Shown here: piece by piece, positions 53,385 through 64,000 of the stretch
Numbering within the stretch: the first letter of the stretch is position 1
Layout: each line of letters starts with the position of its first letter
Source of the DNA: Bigelowiella natans CCMP2755
Taxonomy: Eukaryota; Protista; Cercozoa
Length of the DNA stretch: 64,000 nucleotides
NCBI GenBank assembly: GCA_000320545.1
Contig: ADNK01002208.1
Location: 62,001 to 126,000 of the forward strand
Direction: 5' to 3'
Notes under the pieces: generated by a model
What the model was told of the DNA's origin: nothing
What the model saw: only the letters and a program-made list of their open reading frames with translations
Database searches by the model: none
Position numbers and translations under genes: made by a program

Positions 53385-53818
53385 CTCCGAGTTGATTCTC
53401 ATCCGTGCTTTGATAGTCTCTTTTCCCTCTACTAAATTTTGGTACCTGTTTTTTTAATCATACCCCCCCACCCCACACACACACACACACAAACACACGC
53501 ACACGCATACGCATAAGTATCCATTCACTCTTCTCCGTCACATCCCAACTTCTCCTTTGTTTCTCTCTCCCCCCTCCCCCCTCCTCCTCCTCCTCATAAT
53601 CATCATCATAATCATCATTATCATGATGGTGGTCGTCGCCATCCTCTTCCTACACTACACGCTGATGACTGCCACAACAACTTTAACAACAACAACTACT
53701 ACTACTACTACTACTACTACTTTTCCAGAGCCATAAATGGGACAACATCTGCAAGATGCTCTCGCATTAACTCGACACCTTTATAGAGAGATAAATCATC
53801 ATTATCATCATCGTCATT

Positions 53819-53851
<33 letters not shown>

Positions 53852-54133
53852 GATGTGAGCATGGGCCTCTCTCTCTCTACCAACCACCTGATAGACGTCC
53901 TACATGCCTTAGGCCATGCGCAATGTCAAGCGGTGTCAAGTTAGGATCTATGTTTCCTACAACAGTAGCAGTAGTAGTAGTAGTAGTTGTTGTTGTTGTT
54001 GTAGTATTAGTAATGGTTGTTGTTATTGTTGTTGTACTTTTTCTTTTTGTCACTCAGAGATTTACACTATCTATCTGCTTCCTCTTCTCGATACAAGCGC
54101 TCTTACGTCAAATATTCTCCCCCTCCCCCTTTC

Positions 54134-54178
<45 letters not shown>

Positions 54179-54516
54179 CTGATTGGATGTTAAGATAAAG
54201 GTGGGAAAACAAAGAAATAACAAATCATTACTTATGAGAAATTTCCTTTCAACCGGAACGTTCTCGCGGTAATGCATGGCAGAAGGGGACTGTTTAGTGA
54301 TGAAGGGGGAGGGAAGAAGAGAAGGTGAGAGAAAGACGAAAGAAATAACACAGTACGTACACGTATGCGTGGCAAAACAGGAAATACATCGAGAATTTTA
54401 ACCCCCCCTCCATCACCATCATACGCAAGGGTGCAAGGGTAGTCTCGAATGCAACGTGTAACCATCATATACATATCATCGTCTGTGAATATTTGCTATT
54501 GGTGAGACTTACTACA

Positions 54517-54552
<36 letters not shown>

Positions 54553-55777
54553 TTATCATAATCTTTATTACCATGGGATCGAGGGTTATATGCAGGTTCG
54601 CGGCTATCCTGAGCATATCAGACTTAGAGTCGGCGAGCGAAGATTGGAACAGGGAAGGAGCGAGGACTGCTGCTCCTTCATCATCTCCGGCGCTACTGAT
54701 AGCCGCCTTAGGTTTGAAGGCAGCCGCATATCTGCCCAGAAACAAGTCACGGTGAGTGCCGATTATATCCAGAGGCGAGATGGCTGGGTAGAAGCAGCGC
54801 AGCAGCTCTCCCATATCAGAAACGTCGAATTCCTGATATTTAGTGCACACAGTGTGTGGGTGGGTAGGCGAACGGGGAGGAAGAATGAGAAGTATTATGA
54901 TTAGGATTGATGATGATGATTGATGATGATGATAATGCTGTTCTGCGATCGTCGTTGAGTGTCGTCGTCGGTAGTTAGGCGAGGTCACCAATGGTTTTCC
55001 AATCTTTCGTCGCATGTTGCCCCCCCCCTCTTGCTTCTTCCACAAGAACGAATTAGCGATTCCCCTCTCAAAGCCTTCTGCTCCTAGAATGCCGGAGTGA
55101 TATCGCTCCAAGAGCATGGACACCTACAGCAGCAGCAAGTAGTAGCGGCAATACATTAACCTTATCGTCATCGTTATCACCGCACTTCTATGCTCAGTTT
55201 CAGATAGAGGTAGGAGGAGGAAGTGGTGAGGGAGTAGTGAGAGGGTGACGTTGTCATTCAATGTTAATTGTAGCACAACAACAGGCCGCACTACTCAGTC
55301 ACTTCGGTATATGAGCCACCTGGGAGAGTATCTTCGCAGGGGCGACAGCGACAAGGCTACTTGTGAATCGAGTGCATTCAGCAGTTGGCCGAGCATACCA
55401 GGCCTATCAAGGGAGAGGGGATGAGTCGACAAGAACGTCAGCAGCAGTAGCAACAACAACAACGATAAGAAAATTGGAGATAACGATATATGTCGGTCGG
55501 TCGTGTCTTTACCGATGATGCAAGCCCGCTGTGACGATGGTGTATGGAGCGAAATCGATGCTATTTGTTTTATGCATATTGTTACCTGGAGGATGAGTGC
55601 TGGATCTAAATGGTCGAAGTTCTGTGATACGATCGACTCTAGGAATGGCAGCTTGTTCTTGCAGTAGAACAGCAGGGATTCTCTGAGTGTAGTTGAATAA
55701 GAGGACAAGGCGACGAAGAACCACTGAAGAAATGATGACGGACGTGATCATACACATACACACACACACACACACAC

Positions 55778-55830
<53 letters not shown>

Positions 55831-55996
55831 ACTTTCCTCCTCCTCCTCCTCCTCCTCCTCCACTTCCTGCTGCTAGTAGCACCTTCCTGGGTCTGAAGTA
55901 GAGAGTGCAGTGCCCCATCGTGCCTTCTCCATATCGCCTCTCTTCTTCCGATAATATGTGTCAAAGTACCTCGCTTTTCTGCAGTGAGCAGTAAAA

Positions 55997-56031
<35 letters not shown>

Positions 56032-57173
56032 GTGATCATTAATTGCGTTGTGTGGATGGAGAGAGCAGACCACACAACAATACCGTTCTAACAACAAGAT
56101 CATCGATGCGCTGAATGGATTTCTACAACAACAACACCAAACCCTCCCCCCCCCCCCCCCCGGCGACGTCATCATCCACCATGTTTCGAGTATTGTCTTC
56201 TTTTTAGTTCGGGAGGGAGGGGGATAGTACAGAAACATGTCCTCTGTTGCCTCGCCTTTATCGTACTTCTCGAGGATTGATATTTTCTTATACTTATCAT
56301 CTACAAACAGAAGAAGAAGAAGAAGAAGAAGAAGAAGAAGAAGAGGCATGCAGGGTAAACAAATCATCGATCATCATCATATTCATTCATAACTAATCAT
56401 TGGAAGGGCGCGCGGCACTTGCAAACTCATATCAAAATGCACACCAAACACTCAGTACACACCGCCATCGATACGATAAGAGGATGTTAAGATAATATTC
56501 AAGCGCAAAGTTGTTCAAGGTTCTTCTTCTTCTCTCCAAAACGACGTCGTGGTCGTCATCACCATTGTCATTCTCTATTGCAAGTGCTGTGAAGGTGTTG
56601 TTTGATGGATGTTGCTTGTTGTTTTAAGTTACTACAGGATTTGTGGCCTTTGAGTTTTAGTCCCACTAACTTCGCATTTATAGTCTTAACAGACATATCT
56701 TGATATCTCTGCTGCCTCTGATTCTGAGAGGGGGGGGAGGAGAGAGGAGGAGGAGGAGGAGGAGGAGGAGGAGGAGGAGGACGAGGAGGAGCGTGATAGC
56801 GGCTGTGGTTAAGCGATGATTAGAAAAGGGAAAAGGTGAAGAGGATGATACAGATGATGATGGTGATGACGATGATAGTGATGATATTGGAAATACTTCG
56901 TTTGTCTATTTGTTCTAGTAGACCAATGTGAGAGGCATGCAGCACATTGCGACCTTTTTGACGTCCTTCAGTATTGAGATAAAGGCGTTTATCACGTAGC
57001 CATCTAACTCCTTGTCATGTTGATGCAATCGATCTATAATGTCCCGAGCAAGCTGTATTGCTATTCTTGTGTCCTCTCTATGATTGTCAGTAGCAAGAAG
57101 GTAATCGTACCATTCAGATACTGGAAGATACTGCCAGTAAAGATCGAAGAAGGTCAAGTCCCTTTTTGAGACC

Positions 57174-57207
<34 letters not shown>

Positions 57208-59123
57208 GGTTGTGGTGTTGCTGTTAATGTTGGTCGGTATGATAATGTAGCAATGGCAGGTTAACGAGTGTAGTGTGCAGTCGCTCGAAAGAAAGACGAG
57301 AAATTGTGCGGTCGTGTTGTTGTTATGGTTGAGATCATACAAACGACCGATATATCGTCAAGGCTGATGAGGTACTGCAGAAACTTCTCCTTGTTCTCAC
57401 GAAGAAGTTGCAGGAAAACATTGTACCTGAGGAGGGAGGGGTGACAACGACACACGATGGCAAGTGAGTGATAGCGAAATAACCGCGGCAAAGTACGAAA
57501 TTTAGGATGTATTTACTATGATATCAGTAGAGGAGATGATGATGATGATGATGGTGTTTGATCATCATAAACAGCGAGTTGGTGTTACTACTTGCGGCCC
57601 TTCGTTTGCCTTTTGTAACGTGCAGAACGGCCACGAATTCTAGCCTGAAACAGGATGATGATGATGATGATGACGATGGTCACGATGGCGCGTAAGAGGA
57701 ATATTCTGTTTAATACGGCAACTGTACCGGTGAAGTGACCACAAATATAATCGCAATGAACAGACATTGTGCTCTTTTGTGAATCTAATAGCGCTTTCAT
57801 CATCATCACCATCGTCGTCGTCGCCATGATAAAAAGCACACACACCGCATTTTGGTCATAACCTACCCGAGTCTCCTCAACAGCAAGTCTAAGGAATATC
57901 CACATTCTCTCCGTGAGCTTGAGTTTTTTGCTAAAATCCTGCAAATACATTACTTCCTCTTCCTCTCCTTCTTCTTCTCCTTGTCCTGTGCATTCTTGCT
58001 TCTCCTCATCATTCTTCTCTTCCCCACTTTTAACTGATTGGTTGTTTTTGCCCATGGTGGCTGCTGCCTTATCATTGTTGCCATCATTCAGTGCGCCATC
58101 ATCGATGTCTTCAACACTCACCATGTTTTGCTGTTGTTGTTGTTCTTCTTCTTCTTTTAAGACGTTCGTCATCATCTTCTTCATCTTCCGCTGTCTCTTC
58201 TTCTCTCGATGCTCCCGAGAGATCTCCGACCCCAGAATATTATCTAAGGTCCATAGCTGCTTCACGGCCTTCGGAAGGCTTTGATATCGCCTTATCACGC
58301 TCTCGCTCATCCCCGCTAAAAAAAGGAGCCCCTCCACGGTTTTTGGTATGTGCATGGAAAAGAGATCTAAATCTGTGAACAATTCTTCCTCTTCCTTCTT
58401 CATTTGATACAGAGCAGCGGCAATATTAATGCTAGTAGTCGTCGTAGTAGCAGTCGCAAGTGCGCTGCTGGGCGATGGAGGCATATCAGCTCCCTCTTCA
58501 TCACCGCTCTTTATATATTCCTCACCTTCTTCTCCCCCTCTCAAGGAGGACGAAAGCACCTCTTCTTCTTCTTCTTCCTTGAGGTTGTTTGATGGGGGGA
58601 AACCAAAGCGGATGAGGGATGTCATTCGTTGGACAATGACTAAGTGTTCGGTCCGAGAGATTGACAGTGGTGACGGATTGTTAAATCGTAGATCCTTCTC
58701 CTTGCCCGCTCCTTCGAGAAATTCAGGCACGACTGGATGACCGCTCCCCCCTTTACTTTCCTTCTTTATTTTTCCTTTTTTTTCCTTCGCTGTACTCTTG
58801 GGGCGTGTGGTGGCATCTTCCGAGCGTGCGAGAATTCTCTTTATCCTTGTATCACGTCGCACCTTCAACTTTTGAAATCTTTTTCTACTTATCCTCGTAG
58901 TAGTCTGCTTACTGTCGATGTGATATCCTGATGCTGCTTCCTCCGCTGGATCACCATTGCCGGTGAACAACCCTAAAATATGCGCGGCAAGTTCCTTAGC
59001 ATTCTCCTGATTGGAGGTTACTTCCGATTTACTATCAATGACGGATGGCTCTCCTTCTTCCTCAGAATTTAAAACCTTGAACGTTCCGGAGGATGAGGAA
59101 GCAGTAGAGGGCGGGGCAGGCCC

Positions 59124-59160
<37 letters not shown>

Positions 59161-59255
59161 AGGCGTCGACTGTTATTGGTTACGGACGTGCTCCGCCAAC
59201 GCTTCTTTCCCAAACGACGGACCGCCGCGGCAGCCCAAAGGTACTGCCTCAGCAT
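51352..59255 (-). CDS. Large organelle-targeted protein with two C-terminal RRMs (could be two genes)
   Basis: Presequence MLRQYLWAAAAVRR. RRM1: GNIDPNLTPLDI...VYGWVYFDDEEGA. RRM2: LYVGNIPFDVS...QG|YAGIVFDTHENA..GVRIGERK|VQATW. Continuity through the middle exons was not fully verified. Confidence 0.6.
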
Positions 59256-60095
59256 TTTCTTATGTTATCGAATAAGTTTACTTCTGAGTTTGTGCCGTGA
59301 GATGACGAGCAGCTCCTATCCTGGGTTTTAGTGTGTGTTCCTGATGATGATGATGATGATGATAGCACGATGTAGTTGTTCCTTTCGAATATGATGTCCA
59401 AAGGTTTGCTTGGGCAGCTGTTTCAGGCAAGGCAATCTGGGCGGTTCTCACGTTGTAATATTTACGGCGCCGCAGCGTTCGGACACATGCGTCCACAGTT
59501 CGCCGTTCTCTGTCGTCTGGCACGCAGAGGAGCTGCGCCATTGGTGTGCGAATTTGAGGGCACGGAATGGAGGCGATTTCCATGGTGAGACTTGGGGCAA
59601 ATTACGATATCGCTGAAAAATCAATGCCCTTTTGCAAGTAGTACCCGCAGTTGAGCTTTATCCGGCGGAAAACATCGGGCCATTGACCGAGAGAAGAGAG
59701 CAGCCCACAACGCCCTTCATCGCCCACCGCCGCTACGAGGAAACAATCTTACCGAAGGGAAAACGGAGGAAGAAGAATTTGCAGAACGACAACAACAGCA
59801 CAACAACAGTGAATGTACGTGGAATGCATGGCGTTTTTTGTTTTTACGACATTACATTTATTTTTCTTTAGTGGTGGAACGCATTGCGTTTGAAGGGAAA
59901 AGTTAACGCTCAGCGTTATCGTACTGGGCAGCAGCAGCTGGGAGCATTCATTCGTCCATTTCGTGAGGATCCATCCATTCTGGTATAAATGCACAGACAT
60001 GGGCCGGGGGGGGAGGCGAGGGGGAGTTTGCAGAGGACTGAAACCCAAATATTTAGGCTTGAAATACAAATTTGTTGCTCACACACTCGCAGAGG

Positions 60096-60855
60096 ATGGC
60101 GGCGCTCGTATCCTTGCTGAGAGGGGTCGCTCTGTGCTGCCTTGTTTACATGGCTCCAGGGACATCCATTCACGTCGACGAGAATGGTTATACAGATTCC
60201 CTCTTTGAACGAATCCAAATATGCGATTGGACAAATGGAAACTTTGAACGAAGAAGTCCCCCCACCTGCTATTCATTCTCGAAACTACTACCACTACTAC
60301 TACAACTACTATTACTACAGAGAACGGAACGGCGGTTGTCCAGCTTCCTTCTGGGGATGGAGCCGTACGTGGGTTCATTGAAAACGGTTGTTTCTCTATA
60401 GAAATCAGATATGTTCCAACAAAGATACATGTCCTGTCGCAACAGCAGCATGCATTTATCTTCTTTCCTTTCACCTTCTTCATCTCCAATCTGCTGCAGG
60501 ATACGCCAAATTTAGAGGAGTTCCGTACGCCGCGCCACCACTCGGGAAATTACGCTGGAAGCCGCCACAACCGGTTGTGGATGGCGGGGAGGGGGGGGGG
60601 GGGGCGATAGAAGAATGACCGAATATTCTCATCAATATTCAAGCAAGAGGTGGACGTTTGACATTTTGTACTATGTGGTCATGTCGCTCATAGGTTTCGT
60701 CATGGAAACCGGAGATTCTAAATGCTACAACGTTCCAACCGAATTGCCTTCAGACGTATCCCCCCGCCTGGTCTAACAAGCAACAAACAACAACAACAAC
60801 AACAACAATGATAATAATGATAAAAATATCCGTTTTTGACAATTTTCCCCTTCCG

Positions 60856-60892
<37 letters not shown>

Positions 60893-61456
60893 GTGTGTGT
60901 GTGTGTGTGTGGATTTGTGCGTGTGTGCTACTTGGGAGCAAAATGGCGATGATAATAGTGATTACGATGATGGTGAAAAATAGGTACTCGATAGAAGATG
61001 TGCGGAGCTCCAGTGAAGACTGCCTCTACCTCGACGTATATACTCCTCGTGATTTTGCCCACGCCGTTGGTCGAAAGAAGGGGGAAAAACTCAGGCCAGT
61101 TCTGCTATGGATCCATGGCGGCGATTACCAGTAAGTGCTGTTTCACACATCGTCCTGAATATCTACTATTGCCGTATTTCTATTATAATATTCTTTTTTT
61201 TAATGTAAGGTATGGCGGGAGCAACGATAGAGAGAACGCAAATCCTCCTCCAAGATCATACACAGGCGATGCGGTTGGTCTTAGAAAATGAGGGGGGGGG
61301 GGGGGGGGGAGGAGGAGGAGGGAGGTTAATACAGCGCCAGGAAAGGGACAAAAGAAACCACGAATTAACAGATACATCAACTGATGATACCGTGCAGATA
61401 TCACTGTCTGCTACTATACAATCAAAATCTAATATTGTCATGAGTGAGATGTGACC

Positions 61457-61508
<52 letters not shown>

Positions 61509-61949
61509 CTTTTGCGTCCACTGTGAAGGTATACGTGACAGTGAATTACCGCCTGGGAGTGTTCGGCTTCTTGGGAGCTGAGCAGCTACGTGGTCGTTCC
61601 CCTGACAATTCTACGGGTAACTACGGCACACAGGTCAGCCATGCCGATCATTGCTCTGTTTTCACGGCAGCTAGGAGAGGAGGGGTAAGGAGGAGCCATG
61701 GGAGAGAACTATTGCAGTGTATAATACACCATGGACTACTCGGATGATCATGTGATGATGATGATGATGATGTCAGGATCAGCGTGCTGCGATTCAATGG
61801 ACTCGTGATAACATTGAGGCCTTTGGGGGGTCAGCTATGCCTTTCTCCTCTCTTCTTCTTCTTCTTCTTCTTCTTCTTCTTCTTCTTCTTCTTCTTCTTC
61901 TTGTGTCCTTGCTTCATTCGATAATGGCTGCTGAAGATGAAAATATTAC

Positions 61950-61991
<42 letters not shown>

Positions 61992-62164
61992 ATCACATAT
62001 GCGCTTCTTCGTCTTTTGTTGTTCTCAGAGATCCAAATAGGATAACAATATATGGTGAGAGCGCTGGAGCTGGATCTGTGACGGTAGTAGTCCGCTTTCT
62101 GCAATCATCTATGTGTCACGATGCTATTATGATGATGAAGATGATGACAAATTTGTGTGTGCAT

Positions 62165-62201
<37 letters not shown>

Positions 62202-62855
62202 GTTTAATAGTTTCATCTCGTGGCTATGAAGAGCTTTCCATACTACCAAAGAGCAATCACAGAGAGCGGGGTGATAACCACTATCATCATCATCATCATC
62301 ATCATCATCGTTGTCTTGAGTCCCCCCCCCCCCCCCCCCGCCCTTACCTTTATCTTACGTAGGGTTTCTCTCAATGGGTGGCAAAGCCGATGAAGCATGC
62401 CCAGGACAACTACGAGCATGCTATGAAACTCCTCGGTAGTACTTATCATGATGATGACGATAACAGCTCGTTGAGTACCCAATGGTGTTTTGTGGCCAAA
62501 CCAACAGTATTAGTTGTGTTAAATGGTCGAAGCAGTTTTGTTGGAGAGAAGTAGTTTTTCCTTGTATGATCTAATTCGATCAATTTACCCTTGCTTCTTC
62601 TCGCCAAGATTATTAAATATCGGTTCTGCTGCCGTCCTACCATTACCTTCATCTTCTTCTTCATCATCTTCTTCTTATTCTTTATCATCATCATCTTCTT
62701 CATCTTCATCATCTCCATAATCATCATCGCTGCTGGCATGACACTAAATGCACTGTTCGCGTGTGCATACTTCTCAGGCCTAAAGCCTGATGACGTCGAT
62801 AAACTCGAAAGTAGTGTAGTGCGACTTGAAATCAATGCACATTCACATGAATATA

Positions 62856-62898
<43 letters not shown>

Positions 62899-63149
62899 AT
62901 TTATGTGTGTGCTTGAGTGTGTTTAATACCTATTTTTGACGGCGTTGCAACACGTCTATATTTTCTCAGCAAATGAATCTTTGATCGTTACTTATCGACC
63001 GACACTTCATCGTCATTATTACCTCAGGTCTCTCTTCTGAAAAGATCATCATCAACACGCAAGACTATGAGGGATATCCATGGCCGGTTAGTCGTCTTTT
63101 GACATAAAAATGCACCTACTCACTTACGAATTTGCAGCTGTAGCGACAG

Positions 63150-63198
<49 letters not shown>

Positions 63199-63606
63199 AA
63201 GTAACTGTCTCTCTGACTTGGTTAAAAAGGACACAATGGTGCAATGCCAGTGGGCCCCTGTTATCGATGGTGTTGAGCTCCTTTACCACCCAGGCAACAA
63301 CAACAACAACAACACATTCATCAAGAAAGAAGCTGCTACAAACCCGAAGCATGCCAATTCTTTATAAACTGTCATCATCATCAGCAGTTTGCAGTAGCAG
63401 CACTACACATACTAACCCACCTTCTCCAACCCCCATCCCTTTGTTACATCATGTTTTTCACAGCTTATTCGCTGCAGAAAGGGCTCATTCCGATGGAGAA
63501 AGACGTCATTTTTGGCTCGAATAGAGACGAGGTACACATGCATTGTCTTAGATTCCCATGCATGTAACCATGATGATGGGTTAGTAAAAATCAACCATAA
63601 GATATA

Positions 63607-63641
<35 letters not shown>

Positions 63642-64000
63642 TCATATATTCAGTACTTCTCTGCCACCTTCTCATTTTCTATACTTTGACTCCCCCACCG
63701 CAGCGTGCTAGCTTCCTCTGATTGTAGCACTGGAAAATCGTGATGTTATCATTTGATGACGACAAGATGGTGATGATGATGTGTTCTGTTTCTGACTGAT
63801 GATGTAATAATAAGGGCACGTTGTTCGTGAGCAACAACTCGTACACACATAAACAAGGCTACTACAGCAATGCTGATCTGCCCAGGTAGTAGAAATAATA
63901 GCAGCAGCACCAGCAGTAGCAGCAGCATATAGGCACAACATTGCTAAATATCCACAGATTGTGCATAATACGTGCGTATTCTTTCTTTTCAGAGCATTGT
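60096..64000 (+). CDS. Type-B carboxylesterase/lipase, secreted, runs off the window end
   Basis: [74 protein letters not shown] (catalytic Ser) and WAPVIDG. Confidence 0.95.

Noticed and set aside
1-64000. Autonomous transposon, rRNA or tRNA genes
   Set aside because: No transposase/RT motifs, long TIRs/LTRs or structured RNA genes were recognised. The agent behind the CTAG scars does not appear to be encoded in this window.

Overview
This is gene-dense, intron-rich eukaryotic nuclear DNA with GT-AG introns and many microsatellites. Several proteins carry signal peptide + transit-peptide-like leaders (SQD2, Rieske, RimI-like), which points to an alga with a complex plastid; a chlorarachniophyte is my inference, not something the sequence proves. 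I can support about 18 spliced protein genes and one mutated gene fragment: a small TM protein, Rab GTPase, DnaJ, bL25, FAM21/WASHC2, TBC RabGAP, 7TM-like protein, HPP transporter, RimI-like GNAT, CDF metal transporter, Rieske protein, sulfotransferase, MORN-Kelch-SAM protein, PG-rich protein, profilin-like protein, SQD2, a two-RRM protein and a type-B carboxylesterase. They alternate strand almost perfectly. The most striking signals lie in the spacers downstream of genes. (1) A recurrent 8-bp insertion scar: the palindrome CTAG flanked by an exact 4-bp direct duplication (NNNN-CTAG-NNNN). I found 22 exact cases by hand, with empty-site/filled-site pairs visible in local tandem duplications. 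(2) Sharply bounded islands where TpA is almost erased (TA to TG/CA) except inside CTAG, including a gene fragment whose Tyr codons appear converted to His/Cys. Together they suggest an uncharacterised mutagenic or repair process acting on non-genic DNA. All counts are hand counts, and exon boundaries are manual and approximate.
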